DNA of 64,000 nt, from positions 14,040-78,039 of the forward strand of contig CAVWWH010000012.1 in assembly GCA_963758665.1 (NCBI GenBank), in the 5' to 3' direction. The notes under the pieces were generated by a model. It had not been told where the DNA came from, ran no database searches, and saw nothing but the letters and a program-made list of their open reading frames with translations. Position 1 is the first letter of the stretch. Each line of letters opens with the position of its first letter. Below are positions 21,494-31,130 of this stretch, piece after piece. The position numbers were made by a program, and so were the translations under genes. This DNA is from an uncultured Solirubrobacterales bacterium. Its GTDB lineage: Bacteria > Actinomycetota > Thermoleophilia > Solirubrobacterales > 70-9.

Positions 21494-23095
21494 GTGCGAC
21501 CGCCGCCGAGCCGGGCCGCGCTGCCCTCGCCGCGGGCGCGCCGGCCCCCCACGCCGCTCCTGGTGGCCGGCCTCGTCGTCGGAGCCGCGGTCCTCCTGCC
21601 CGCCGCGTACCTGGCGGTAGTCGTCGTCGGCGATCTCGGGCCCGCCCTCGACACGGCCTTCGATTCGCGCACCGCAGCGGTGCTCGCCCGCACGGTCGGG
21701 CTCGCGGCCGCGGTCACGGCGGCCTCGATCGGGATCGCCGTCCCGGTCGCCTGGCTGACCGTGCGCACGGACCTGCCGGCGCGTCGCCTGTGGGCGACCC
21801 TCTGCACGCTGCCGCTGGTGATCCCGACCTACGTCGGCGCCTACCTGTTCGTCGCCGCCCTCGGGCCCGACGGACTGCTCGCCGACGCGCTCGGGGTCGG
21901 CCGGCTGCCGTCGATCTACGGCTTCACCGGCGCCTTCTGCGTCCTCACCCTGTTCACGTACCCGCTCGTGCTCCTGCCCGTGCGCTCGGCCCTGCGCCGG
22001 ATCGATCCGCAGCTCGAGGACGCCGCCCGGGCGATGGGGCGCGGCCCGTTGCAGACGTTCCGCAGCGTGGTCATGCCCCAGCTCTGGCCGGCAATCGCGG
22101 TCGGCGGCCTGCTGGTGGCGCTGTTCGTGATCAGCGACTTCGGCGCCGTCTCGATCATGCGCTTCGACTCCTTCACGCGCGAGATCTACATCTCCTACAA
22201 GTCGAGCTTCGACCGCACCGCGACCGCGGCGCTCGGCATGGTGCTCGTGCTCCTGATGCTGGTGCTGCTGTGGGGCAACGCCCGGCTCTTGCGCGGCCGC
22301 GCCATCCACCGGCTCGGCCCCGGGCCCGCGCGCCCGCCGCGGCCGTACGCCCTCGGGCACTGGCGCTGGCCGGCGCTCGGCTTCTGCTCGGCGCTGGTGC
22401 TGGTCGCGCTCGTGTTTCCTGTCGCGGTGCTGGTCTACTGGGCGACGAAGGGGCTCGGCTCGGGCGGGACGTCCTTCGACCTCGCCGTCGGGCTGGCCGC
22501 GAACTCGCTGATGACCGGGGTCGGGGCGGCGATCGCGGGAGGCCTCGCCGCCCTCGTCGTGGCCGTGCTCGCCGGTCGGTACCCGGGCGCGATCACCCGG
22601 ACGATCGAGCGCGTAGGTCACGCCGGCTACGCGCTGCCGGGAATCATCGTCGCGCTCTCGCTCGTCTTCTTCGCCACCCGCGCGCTGCCGGCGCTCTACC
22701 AGACCCTGGCGATGCTGATCTTCGCGCTCACCGTCCACTACCTGCCGTTGGGGATCGGGCCGATCAGCGCTTCGCTCAAGCAGGTCTCGCCCCGCGTCGA
22801 GGAGGCCGCCCGCGGGCTCGGCCGTGGGTCGACCGAGGTCTTTCGCACGATCACCGCACCCCTCGTCAGCGGCGGGATCCTCGCCGGGGTGGCGCTCGTC
22901 TTCCTGCACGCGATCAAGGAGCTCCCGGCTACGCTGATCCTGGCCCCGATCGGATTCAGGACCTTGGCGACGGAAATCTGGAACCAGACAAGCTTCGGCT
23001 TCTACGAGGCGAGTGCGATCCCCGCGCTGATCCTGCTCGCGGTCGCCGCGCCGCCCCTCTACCTGCTCTCCGAGCGCGGCACGGTGTCGCAGTGA
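21494..23095 (+). CDS. iron ABC transporter permease (fused two-domain FbpB type)
   Basis: 533 aa with about 12 hydrophobic spans and two repeated permease halves. It directly follows the binding protein. Confidence 0.8.
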   Translation: MRPPPSRAALPSPRARRPPTPLLVAGLVVGAAVLLPAAYLAVVVVGDLGPALDTAFDSRTAAVLARTVGLAAAVTAASIGIAVPVAWLTVRTDLPARRLWATLCTLPLVIPTYVGAYLFVAALGPDGLLADALGVGRLPSIYGFTGAFCVLTLFTYPLVLLPVRSALRRIDPQLEDAARAMGRGPLQTFRSVVMPQLWPAIAVGGLLVALFVISDFGAVSIMRFDSFTREIYISYKSSFDRTATAALGMVLVLLMLVLLWGNARLLRGRAIHRLGPGPARPPRPYALGHWRWPALGFCSALVLVALVFPVAVLVYWATKGLGSGGTSFDLAVGLAANSLMTGVGAAIAGGLAALVVAVLAGRYPGAITRTIERVGHAGYALPGIIVALSLVFFATRALPALYQTLAMLIFALTVHYLPLGIGPISASLKQVSPRVEEAARGLGRGSTEVFRTITAPLVSGGILAGVALVFLHAIKELPATLILAPIGFRTLATEIWNQTSFGFYEASAIPALILLAVAAPPLYLLSERGTVSQ

Positions 23096-23148
23096 GGCGG
23101 CGTCCCGAAGGGACGAAGCCGAGCCGCGCCGCTGTTGAGGCGCCTGAT

Positions 23149-24207
23149 GTGACGACCACCGCCGCCGCCACCATGGCGGCCCCGCTGCGGCTCACCGGCC
23201 TGCGCAAGCACTACGGCGCCACCCGCGCGGTCGACGGGGTCGAGCTCGAGGTCGAGGCGGGCTCGGTCTGCGCCCTGCTCGGGCCCTCGGGCTGCGGGAA
23301 GACGACCACCCTGCGCCTGATCGCGGGGCTCGAGCAGCCCGACGCCGGCGAGATCGCGATCGGCGACCGTAAGCTCTGCGGCCCGGAGGGCTGGGTCGCC
23401 CCGGAGCGGCGCCGGATCGGCATGGTGTTCCAGGACTACGCGCTGTTTCCGCACCTCGACGTCGCCGGAAACGTCGGCTACGGGCTCGGTCGCAGGCCGG
23501 ACCGCGACCGGGTCGCGGAGGTACTCGAGCTGGTCGGCCTCGAGGACGACGCCGACCGCCCGGTGCACGAGCTCTCCGGCGGCCAGCAGCAGCGCGTCGC
23601 GCTCGCCCGGGCGTTGGCGCCCACCCCCGAGCTGATCCTCCTCGACGAGCCCTTCTCCAACCTGGACGCCGGCCTGCGCGACCGCCTGCGCCAGGAGGTG
23701 CGCGAGATCCTCGCCCGCGCCGGCGTGACGGCCCTGTTCGTCACCCACGACCAGGCCGAGGCGCTGAGCATCGCCGAAACGGTCGCGGTGATGCGCGACG
23801 GGGTGATCGAGCAGGTGGGGACGCCGGAGGAGATCTACTCGCGGCCTGCCTCTCGCTGGGTGGCGCGCTTCCTCGGCGACGTGGAGGTCGTGCCAGGCGA
23901 GGCGAGCGGCGGCCGGGTCGAGTGCGAGCTCGGGTCGTTCCCGACCGAGCACGGGATCGCGGGCCCCGTCGATGTCCTGGTCCGCCCCGAGTCCGTCGCG
24001 ATCGGTCTCAGCGGGCCCGAGGGCGCCGCCAGTGCCGAGGTCGTCGGGCGGCGGTTCTTCGGCCACGACCAGCTGATCGAGCTGCGCCTGCGCTCGGGGC
24101 ACACGATCCGCTCTCGGCGGCTCGGCTTCCCCGCTTGGCATCCGGGCGACCACGTACGAGCCTGGGTCGACGGGCCCACCGACGTCCTCCCGCGCGACCA
24201 CGACTGA
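23149..24207 (+). CDS. ABC transporter ATP-binding protein (FbpC/PotA type)
   Basis: Walker A GPSGCGKTT, signature LSGGQQQRV and Walker B LILLDEP. The start is GTG at 23149 or ATG at 23173. Confidence 0.85.
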   Translation: MTTTAAATMAAPLRLTGLRKHYGATRAVDGVELEVEAGSVCALLGPSGCGKTTTLRLIAGLEQPDAGEIAIGDRKLCGPEGWVAPERRRIGMVFQDYALFPHLDVAGNVGYGLGRRPDRDRVAEVLELVGLEDDADRPVHELSGGQQQRVALARALAPTPELILLDEPFSNLDAGLRDRLRQEVREILARAGVTALFVTHDQAEALSIAETVAVMRDGVIEQVGTPEEIYSRPASRWVARFLGDVEVVPGEASGGRVECELGSFPTEHGIAGPVDVLVRPESVAIGLSGPEGAASAEVVGRRFFGHDQLIELRLRSGHTIRSRRLGFPAWHPGDHVRAWVDGPTDVLPRDHD

Positions 24208-24227
24208 GCCGGCGGGGCACCGAATAG

Positions 24228-24281
24228 ACGCCGAACGTCCCGCAATCCCCGCCACAGCGCACACACCGGGACGTTCGGCGT
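24228..24281. terminator. 15-bp perfect inverted repeat between convergent genes (bidirectional terminator candidate)
   Basis: ACGCCGAACGTCCCG (24228-24242) pairs with CGGGACGTTCGGCGT (24267-24281), with a 24-nt loop, between the ABC ATPase and truA 3' ends. Confidence 0.4.
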
Positions 24282-24300
24282 GGTCAAGCCCGCCTCGTAG

Positions 24301-25098
24301 TCAGTAGCGGACGCCGACCAGATAGAGCCCGTGCGCAGGGGCGGTCTCGCCGGCCCGGTCGCGAGGCGCTCCCTCCAGCAGCGCCTCGAAGTCCTCGACG
24401 CTGCGCCGCCCGCCGCCGACCTCGAGCATCGTCCCGACCAAGACGCGGACCATGTTGCGCATGAACGCCTCGGACTCGATCTCGAGCGCCAGTATTCCGC
24501 CCCCGTCCTCGGCAGCGCCTCCGGGGGCGGCCGGGTCGCCCAACGGGCGCTCGAGGCGCCATTCGCAGCGGTCGACCGTGCGTACGAACAGGACGTGCTC
24601 GGTCTGGGTGGGGGTGAAGGCGGTGAAGTCGTGGCTGCCGACGACCGCCACAGCCGCCTTGGCCAGCAGGTCGCGGTCGAGGCGGTCGCGCCACCACAGC
24701 GCCCGACGCTCCTCGAACGGGTCGCGCACCGTGGAGGCGAGGACGCGGTAGCGGTAGACCCGCGCCAGCGCCGAGCGGCGCGCATCGAACCCCTCGTCGG
24801 CAGCCGCCGCCTCGAGCACCGCGACGTCATGTGCGAGGACGGCGTTCAGCCGCTCCGCCGGGCGGTCGGGCAGCGGCAGGTCGTGGACGAAGCTCGCCAT
24901 CTGACCGGTCGCGTGCACCCCGGAGTCGGTTCGCCCGGCGACCGTGAGCTCGACCCGCTCGCCGAGGATTCGCTCGAGCCCCGACTCGACCTCGCCTTGG
25001 ACCGTGCGCTGGCCGGGTTGCGCCGCCCAGCCCGCGAACCCCGACCCGTCGTAGGCGATCTTCAGCCGGGCGGTGGGCACGGCCCGAGCGTAAATCAC
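24301..25098 (-). CDS. truA: tRNA pseudouridine(38-40) synthase
   Basis: LKIAYDGSGFAGWAAQPG and GRTDSGVHA motifs. It lies downstream of rplQ, as in many bacteria. Confidence 0.9.
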   Translation of the reverse strand: MIYARAVPTARLKIAYDGSGFAGWAAQPGQRTVQGEVESGLERILGERVELTVAGRTDSGVHATGQMASFVHDLPLPDRPAERLNAVLAHDVAVLEAAAADEGFDARRSALARVYRYRVLASTVRDPFEERRALWWRDRLDRDLLAKAAVAVVGSHDFTAFTPTQTEHVLFVRTVDRCEWRLERPLGDPAAPGGAAEDGGGILALEIESEAFMRNMVRVLVGTMLEVGGGRRSVEDFEALLEGAPRDRAGETAPAHGLYLVGVRY

Positions 25099-25109
25099 GC
25101 TCCGGGCGG

Positions 25110-25463
25110 CTAAACGAGTTCGAGCAAGACCATCTCGGTCGAGTCCGACCGGCGCGGGCCGAGCTTGACGATCCGCGTGTAGCCGCCGGGACGCTCCGCG
25201 TAACGGGGGCCGACCTCCTCGAACAGCTTGTGGACCAGGAACTTGTCCTGCCCCAGCTCGGAGAGCGCCTGGCGGCGCGCGTGCAGGTCCCCGCGCTTGG
25301 CGAGCGTGATCAGCTTCTCGAGCTGCGGCTTCACCGCCTTTGCCTTCGCCTGGGAGGTCCTGATCCGCTCGTGCTCGATCACGTCGCGGCAGAGGTTGCG
25401 CATCAGCGCTCGCCGGTGGGCGGAATCGCGGGAGAGCTTGCCTTTCTTCTTGGCGTGGCGCAT
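25110..25463 (-). CDS. rplQ: 50S ribosomal protein L17
   Basis: Starts MRHAKKKGKLSRDSAHRRALMRNL, is 117 aa long, and follows rpoA. Confidence 0.95.
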   Translation of the reverse strand: MRHAKKKGKLSRDSAHRRALMRNLCRDVIEHERIRTSQAKAKAVKPQLEKLITLAKRGDLHARRQALSELGQDKFLVHKLFEEVGPRYAERPGGYTRIVKLGPRRSDSTEMVLLELV

Positions 25464-25476
25464 GGCTAGTTGTCAG

Positions 25477-26451
25477 TTACTGCTCGTCCCGGAGATTCAA
25501 CCCGAGCGCGTGGAGGGCTTCCATCACTTCCTCCGTGCTGCGCTTGCCGAAGTTCGGGATCGCGTTCAGCTCCGACTCGGACCGCTGAACGAGGTCGCCG
25601 ACCGTCTGAATCCCGGCTCGCTTGAGGCAGTTGTAGGCGCGGACGCCGATCTCCAGCTCCTCGATCAGCCGATCGTCGCCTTCCGCGGGCGAGCCCCCGA
25701 CCGCCGGGAACTCCGCCCCGGCGCCGTCGAACGCGTCGCGAGCGGTCAGTTCCTCGACCCGATCGGCGTCGGTGAAGATCGCCATCGTCTTGATCAGGAT
25801 CTCGGCCGCCTCGCGCACCGCGGAGCCCGGCTCGATCGAACCGTCGGTCTCGACCTCGAGCGTGAGCTTGTCGAAGTCGGTCCGCTGACCGACGCGCGCC
25901 GAGTCGACGTCATACGAGGCGCGCCGGATCGGCGAGAAAATCGAGTCGATCGGAATCACGCCGATCGGCTGATCCTCGGACTTGTTCTCCTCCGCCGGCG
26001 AATAGCCGCGGCCGCGGCCAATCGTCAGGTACAGCTCCAGCTTGGTCCGCTTCTCGAGCGTCGCGATCGGGGCGTCGAGATTGAGGATCTCAACCCCCGC
26101 CGGCAGATCGATGTCCTTGGCCTTGACCTCGCCGGGGCCCGTGGCGACCAGCGGGGCCTCGACCTCGTCGGCGTCGGTGTGCATGCGCACCACGATGTCC
26201 TTGAGGTTGAGGACGATGTCGGTGACGTCCTCCTTGACCCCGGGCACGGTCGAGAACTCATGCGCGACGCCCTCGATCCGGACGCTCTTGATCGCCGCCC
26301 CGCCGAGCGAGGAGAGCAGCACCCGCCGCAGCGAGTTCCCGTACGTGTAGCCGAAGCCCTTGTCGAGGGGCTCAACGACGAAGGTGCCGGACTTCTCGTT
26401 GATGTCCTCGCTGGTGATCTTCGGGATCTGAAACTCGGGCAGGGTGGTCAT
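25477..26451 (-). CDS. rpoA: DNA-directed RNA polymerase subunit alpha
   Basis: The ATG at 26451 follows GAGGAAG. The product begins MTTLPEFQIPKI and contains GNSLRRVLLSSL, with a C-terminal domain containing VRAYNCLKRAGI. Confidence 0.95.
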   Translation of the reverse strand: MTTLPEFQIPKITSEDINEKSGTFVVEPLDKGFGYTYGNSLRRVLLSSLGGAAIKSVRIEGVAHEFSTVPGVKEDVTDIVLNLKDIVVRMHTDADEVEAPLVATGPGEVKAKDIDLPAGVEILNLDAPIATLEKRTKLELYLTIGRGRGYSPAEENKSEDQPIGVIPIDSIFSPIRRASYDVDSARVGQRTDFDKLTLEVETDGSIEPGSAVREAAEILIKTMAIFTDADRVEELTARDAFDGAGAEFPAVGGSPAEGDDRLIEELEIGVRAYNCLKRAGIQTVGDLVQRSESELNAIPNFGKRSTEEVMEALHALGLNLRDEQ

Positions 26452-26486
26452 TGCTTCCTCACTTCGGGTCGAAACTACGGGGAGCG

Positions 26487-27107
26487 CTACTTCGAGTAGA
26501 GCTCGACGATGAGCTGCTCCTGGATCGGCGCGGTGATCTCGCTGCGCTCGGGCAGCCTCAGCACCTTCGCCGTCAGGGCGTCGTGGTCGGCCTGTAGCCA
26601 CGGCGGTACCACGGCCGTCAGCTCGGTCGCCTGGCGAACCGTGTCCGCGGCGCCGGATTCGGGCCGGATCGTGATCACGTCATCTGGACGGACCTGATAG
26701 CTGGGAATGTCGACACGGCGTCCGTTGATCAGCCAGTGGCCGTGGCCGATCAGCTGGCGCGCCTGGCGCCGAGAGGCCGCGAAGCCGAGGCGGACGAGCA
26801 CGTTGTCGAACCGCCGCTCGCAGATCCGCAGCAGGTTCTCGCCGGTGACGCCCTCCTGGCGGGAGGCCTTGTCGTAGTAGCCGCGAAACTGGCGCTCGAG
26901 CAGGCCGTAGAAGCGGCGCGCCTTTTGCTTCTCGCGCAGCTGGTTGCGGTACTCCGAGGCGCGCACGCGGCCGCGGCCATGCTCGCCCGGCGGGTACGAA
27001 CGGCGCTCGACGCCGCACTTCTCCGTCAGGCAGCGCTCGCCCTTGAGGAACAGCTTCTGCCCCTCGCGGCGACACTGCTTGCACTGCGGTCCGGTGTCTC
27101 GAGCCAT
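26487..27107 (-). CDS. rpsD: 30S ribosomal protein S4
   Basis: Starts [26 protein letters not shown], with a zinc knuckle. 206 aa. Confidence 0.95.
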   Translation of the reverse strand: MARDTGPQCKQCRREGQKLFLKGERCLTEKCGVERRSYPPGEHGRGRVRASEYRNQLREKQKARRFYGLLERQFRGYYDKASRQEGVTGENLLRICERRFDNVLVRLGFAASRRQARQLIGHGHWLINGRRVDIPSYQVRPDDVITIRPESGAADTVRQATELTAVVPPWLQADHDALTAKVLRLPERSEITAPIQEQLIVELYSK

Positions 27108-27109
27108 CG

Positions 27110-27511
27110 CTACGGCCTCCGCCGCTTCTTCGGCCGGCAGCCGTTGTGGGCCTGCGGGCTGACGTCCTTGACCGTGGTCACCTGTACGCCGGCGGCCTGC
27201 AGCGAGCGGATCGCCGTGTCCCGACCCGAGCCGGCTCCCTTGGCGTGTACCTCGACCCGCTCGACGCCGTGCTCCATGCCCTTGCGGGCGGCGGCGTCTG
27301 CGGTCACCTGCGCGGCGAAGGGGGTCGACTTGCGCGAGCCCTTGAACCCGGCCGAGCCGGCGGACTCCCAGCAGACCACGTTGCCCTCGGGGTCGGTGAT
27401 CGTGACGATCGTGTTGTTGAAGGAGGTCTTGATGTGGGCGATCCCGTACGGGACGTTCTTCTTCACCCGGCGGCGGGCGCGACCCTTGCCCTTCTTCGGC
27501 TGCGGGCTCAC
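27110..27511 (-). CDS. rpsK: 30S ribosomal protein S11
   Basis: Contains [18 protein letters not shown] and ends in [11 protein letters not shown]. Confidence 0.95.
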   Translation of the reverse strand: MSPQPKKGKGRARRRVKKNVPYGIAHIKTSFNNTIVTITDPEGNVVCWESAGSAGFKGSRKSTPFAAQVTADAAARKGMEHGVERVEVHAKGAGSGRDTAIRSLQAAGVQVTTVKDVSPQAHNGCRPKKRRRP

Positions 27512-27891
27512 TTCTTGGCCGGCGGCTTCTTCTTGCCGGCGATGCTCATCTTCCGCGGCCCCTTGCGGCCGCGGGCATTCGTCTTCGTGCGCTGGCCGCG
27601 GGTCGGCAGGCCGCGCCGATGGCGCAGGCCGCGGTAGGAGCCGATCTCCGAGAGCCGCTTGATGTTCTGCGAGCGCTCGCGCCTCAGGTCCCCCTCGACC
27701 TCGAGCTCCTCGACCGCGTCGCGCAGCTTCACGGTCTCATCCTCGGTCAGGTCCTTGACGTAGGTGTCGGGGTCGACTCCGACCTTCTTCAGCACCTCGT
27801 TCGCGCTCGAGCGGCCCACCCCGTGGACGTACGTGAGCCCGACCTCGACGCGCTTGTTGAGCGGGAGGTTGACCCCCGCGACCCGCGCCAT
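27508..27891 (-). CDS. rpsM: 30S ribosomal protein S13
   Basis: Starts [26 protein letters not shown]. It overlaps rpsK by 4 nt. Confidence 0.95.
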   Translation of the reverse strand: MARVAGVNLPLNKRVEVGLTYVHGVGRSSANEVLKKVGVDPDTYVKDLTEDETVKLRDAVEELEVEGDLRRERSQNIKRLSEIGSYRGLRHRRGLPTRGQRTKTNARGRKGPRKMSIAGKKKPPAKK

Positions 27892-27931
27892 CTAAACGGC
27901 CGCCTCGAGGCTGAGCGGGGCGAAGCTCATC

Positions 27932-28045
27932 TCAGCCCTGCCTTTGCTTGTGCCGGGGGTTGGTGCAAATCACCAGCACGACGCCGCGCCGGCGGATCAC
28001 CCGGCAGCGCTCACACATCGGCTTCACGGACGCTCGTACCTTCAT
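27932..28045 (-). CDS. rpmJ: 50S ribosomal protein L36
   Basis: Not in the ORF track. The reverse complement reads [37 protein letters not shown] followed by TGA. Confidence 0.9.
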   Translation of the reverse strand: MKVRASVKPMCERCRVIRRRGVVLVICTNPRHKQRQG

Positions 28046-28151
28046 CGGCCCTTCGTGGGTCGTATCGATCAAAAACTTACGTGAGAAGGCCCTGTCCGCC
28101 CCAGTAGTCGGGCGGTGGGCACAACGAAATCGGCCCGCAGGCCGACGAATA

Positions 28152-28160
28152 AATATAGCA
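28152..28160 (-). promoter_or_regulatory. extended -10 promoter candidate (TGCTATATT) for the rpmJ-rplQ operon
   Basis: On the minus strand TGnTATATT sits in the only AT-rich patch of the 162-nt map-rpmJ spacer. Two hairpins lie downstream (TCGGCC-TGCG-GGCCGA and CCGCCC-N8-GGGCGG). Confidence 0.4.
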
Positions 28161-28207
28161 ACCGTGGGCGTGACGCCGCCTGCCGCAGGTCGACGGGCGC
28201 CGTCACC

Positions 28208-28975
28208 TCAGTCCAGGTGCCAAGGGGTGAGGATCCGCGGCCCGTCCTCGGTGATCGCGACCGTGAACTCGAAGTGGGCGGCGAGCGAGCCGTCCGCCGA
28301 ATAGACGGCCCAGTTGTCGTCGCCGAGCCGTACCTCGGGGCCACCCGCGTTCACCATCGGCTCGATCGCGATCACCATCCCGGGCTCCAGCTCGGGTCCG
28401 CGGCCGGGCTCTCCGTAGTTGGGCACCTGCGGGTCCTCGTGCATGTCGCGACCGACGCCGTGGCCGACGAGAGAGCGGATGATCGACAGCCCGTCGGCCT
28501 CGACCCGGGCCTGCACAGCGTGCGAGACGTCGCCGAGGTGGTTGCCGGGAACCGCCTGCTCGACGGCCGCGAACAGCGACGCCTCGGTGGTCTCGAGCAG
28601 CGCCCGTGCCGCCGGCGCGATCTCGCCGACCGGGACCGTGATCGCGGCGTCGGCCACCCAGCCCCGGTGGGTGACGCCGACGTCCAGCGAGATGATGTCC
28701 CCTCGCCGCAGCTCGTACGGGCCCGGGATCCCGTGCACGACCATCGAGTTGGGCGAGGCGCAGATCGAGCCGGGAAAGCCCCGGTAGCCGAGAAACGAGG
28801 GCGTCGCCCCCTGGGAGCCGATGAATCGCTCGGCCGCCAGGTCGAGGTCGCTCGTGGTCACCCCGGGGCGCACCTTCGCGCGCAGCATCTTCAGGCAGCG
28901 TGCCTGGATCGCTCCAGCCGCGGCCATCCGCTCGATCTGCTCCGGGCTCTTGATCACGATCCCGCCGCGATACAC
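28208..28975 (-). CDS. map: type I methionine aminopeptidase
   Basis: Contains IKSPEQIERMAAAG and the metal ligands in the DVGV and HGVG contexts. The start is GTG at 28975 or GTG at 28957. Confidence 0.9.
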   Translation of the reverse strand: MYRGGIVIKSPEQIERMAAAGAIQARCLKMLRAKVRPGVTTSDLDLAAERFIGSQGATPSFLGYRGFPGSICASPNSMVVHGIPGPYELRRGDIISLDVGVTHRGWVADAAITVPVGEIAPAARALLETTEASLFAAVEQAVPGNHLGDVSHAVQARVEADGLSIIRSLVGHGVGRDMHEDPQVPNYGEPGRGPELEPGMVIAIEPMVNAGGPEVRLGDDNWAVYSADGSLAAHFEFTVAITEDGPRILTPWHLD

Positions 28976-29008
28976 GTCAGTGACCCCGGTCGGTGGTGTC
29001 GGTGGGCA

Positions 29009-29680
29009 TTACGCCTCCTCTTCCATCGCCAACGTGGCCAGCAGGGCCCGAATGCGGTCGGTGACCTCCTCGGGAGGACGTTGGCCGTCGACGCGTCGCA
29101 ACAGCCCAAGGGCCTCGTAGTGCTCGATCAGCGGCTCCGTCTTGGAGTGGTACTGGCCGAGGCGATTGCGGATCACGTCCGGCTCGTCGTCGTCACGAAC
29201 CTCGAGCGTCTCGCCGCATACGTCGCAGACGCCCTCCGTCTCCGGGGGATCGAACTCCACGTGGAAGATGTGTCCGTTCGGGCAGGTGCGGCGGCCACCG
29301 AGCCGCCGCACGACCTCCTCGTCATCGACCTCGATCAGGACCACGGTGGAGATCTCGCGGCCGAGCTCGGCGAGCTTCTCAGCCAGCGCCTCGGCCTGGG
29401 GCTCGGTGCGCGGGAAGCCGTCGAGGATGAAGCCGTCCACGGCCTCCTTCTCGTCGATGCGCTCGGCGATCACGCCGACGATCACCTCGTCCGGGACGAG
29501 GTCGCCGCGATCCATGTACTCCTTCGCCCGGCGGCCGATCTCGGTCCCCTCGCGCACCGCGGTGCGGAGGATGTCGCCGGTCGCGTAGTAGGGCAGGTCG
29601 AAGTCCTCCTGCAGGCGCTCGCCCTGCGTGCCCTTGCCCGAGCCGGGTGGGCCGAGGAGGATCAGGTTGAGCTGGGACAC
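29009..29680 (-). CDS. adk: adenylate kinase
   Basis: The GTG at 29680 begins VSQLNLILLGPPGSGKGTQ (P-loop). The lid carries CPNGH...CDVCG. Confidence 0.9.
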   Translation of the reverse strand: MSQLNLILLGPPGSGKGTQGERLQEDFDLPYYATGDILRTAVREGTEIGRRAKEYMDRGDLVPDEVIVGVIAERIDEKEAVDGFILDGFPRTEPQAEALAEKLAELGREISTVVLIEVDDEEVVRRLGGRRTCPNGHIFHVEFDPPETEGVCDVCGETLEVRDDDEPDVIRNRLGQYHSKTEPLIEHYEALGLLRRVDGQRPPEEVTDRIRALLATLAMEEEA

Positions 29681-29795
29681 GGCGATGGGAAGCCTAGAGA
29701 CCGAAGTGGCTCGCGGCGTTGCGTGGCAAGGAACCAGGGAGCGTGGCGTACTTCGTACACGAGCGACCGATGACGCCGCCACGGGGCGCCGCGAG

Positions 29796-31067
29796 TCACT
29801 TCAGGAAGCCCTCGTAATTGCGCATCATGAGCTGTGACTCGAGTTGCTTGACGGTGTCGAGGGCGACGCCGACGACGATCAGGATCGAGGTGCCGCCGAA
29901 GAAGAAGTTGGCCGAGGTCTGGTTGATCAGGATCGTCGGCAGGGCCGCGACGGCGCCCAGGTAGAGCGCGCCGGGGAAGGTGAGCCGGGAGAGGATCCGG
30001 TCGAGGTACTCGGCCGTCGGCCGCCCGGGTCTGACCCCGGGGATGAACCCTCCGTACTTCTTCAGGTTGTCCGCCTGGTCGACCGGGTTGAAGGTGACGG
30101 CGGTGTAGAAGTAGGTGAAGATGATGATGAAGAAGACCTCGCCGACCACGTAAGCCCAGCTCGAGGGGCTGAAGAAGGCGGCGAAGTCGAGCGCCGCCGG
30201 GGTGTTGAGGAGCTGGCCGATCGTCGGCGGGAAGGCCATGATCGAGGCGGCGAAGATCACCGGGATCACCCCGGCCATGTTCACTCGCAGCGGCAGGTAG
30301 GTCGAGCCCCCGGTGGTCATCCGGCGGCCGACGACGCGTTTCGCGTACTGGACCGGGATCCGCCGCTGGCCCTCCTGGACGAAGACGATGCCGACGATGA
30401 CCGCGAGGGCAATGAACGGCATCATCACGACGAAGACCTGATCGGGGTTGTTCCACCACGAGGACAGGCCGGGGAAGATCCCGGAAGCGATCGAGGCGAA
30501 GATCATCAGGCTGATCCCATTGCCGACCCCGCGCTGGGTGATCAGCTCGCCGAGCCACATCAGGAGCACGGTGCCGGCGGTGAGCGAGATCACGATCAGG
30601 AACACCTTCGAGAAGGTGAGCTCGCCGACGACGCTCTGGCCGGCGCTGTCCTGGAAGCTCTGGAAGAGGAAGACGTAACCGATCGACTGGCCGAAGGCGA
30701 GCCCGACGGTGAGGTAGCGGGTGTACTGGGTGATCTTCTGCTGGCCGACCTCGCCCTCCTTCTGCAGGCGCTCCAGCGAGGGCACGACCACGGTCAGGAG
30801 CTGGAGGATGATCGAGGCGGTGATGTACGGCATGATCCCGAGCGCGAACAGCGATAGGCGCTGCAGCGAGCCGCCCGAGAACAGGTTGAGGAAGCCGAGC
30901 ACGTTGTTGCCCGTGAAGTTGTCCTCGATCGACTCGACCGTGTCGATGTCCACCCCCGGCGCCGGGATATAGGCCCCGAGCCGGTAGAGCGCCAGCATCG
31001 CGAGGGTGAAGAAGATCTTCCGGCGGATCTCCGGGACCGCGAAGGCGTTCGCGATGGTCTGCAGCAT
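29796..31067 (-). CDS. secY: preprotein translocase subunit SecY
   Basis: The ATG at 31067 begins [40 protein letters not shown]. 423 aa, polytopic. Confidence 0.95.
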   Translation of the reverse strand: MLQTIANAFAVPEIRRKIFFTLAMLALYRLGAYIPAPGVDIDTVESIEDNFTGNNVLGFLNLFSGGSLQRLSLFALGIMPYITASIILQLLTVVVPSLERLQKEGEVGQQKITQYTRYLTVGLAFGQSIGYVFLFQSFQDSAGQSVVGELTFSKVFLIVISLTAGTVLLMWLGELITQRGVGNGISLMIFASIASGIFPGLSSWWNNPDQVFVVMMPFIALAVIVGIVFVQEGQRRIPVQYAKRVVGRRMTTGGSTYLPLRVNMAGVIPVIFAASIMAFPPTIGQLLNTPAALDFAAFFSPSSWAYVVGEVFFIIIFTYFYTAVTFNPVDQADNLKKYGGFIPGVRPGRPTAEYLDRILSRLTFPGALYLGAVAALPTILINQTSANFFFGGTSILIVVGVALDTVKQLESQLMMRNYEGFLK

Positions 31068-31070
31068 CAG

Positions 31071-31126
31071 TCCGCAGTCGGCCGTCGGCAGTCTGCAGTC
31101 TGCAGTCGGCAGTCGGCAGGCCGCAG
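31071..31126 (-). repeat. eight tandem heptamers (mRNA sense CTGCCGA-like) between rplO and secY
   Basis: The plus strand reads TCCGCAG TCGGCCG TCGGCAG TCTGCAG TCTGCAG TCGGCAG TCGGCAG GCCGCAG. A ninth copy, TCTGCAG, lies within the first codons of secY. Confidence 0.85.
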
Positions 31127-31130
31127 GCCC

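Noticed and set aside
28046-28207. A degraded infA pseudogene between map and rpmJ
   Set aside because: None of the three minus-strand frames yields IF-1-like sequence, and the gap is shorter than infA.
31071-31126. Heptamer tract as a CRISPR array or mobile-element end
   Set aside because: The units are only 7 nt, are directly adjacent without spacers, and sit inside an essential operon. No cas or transposase genes are nearby.
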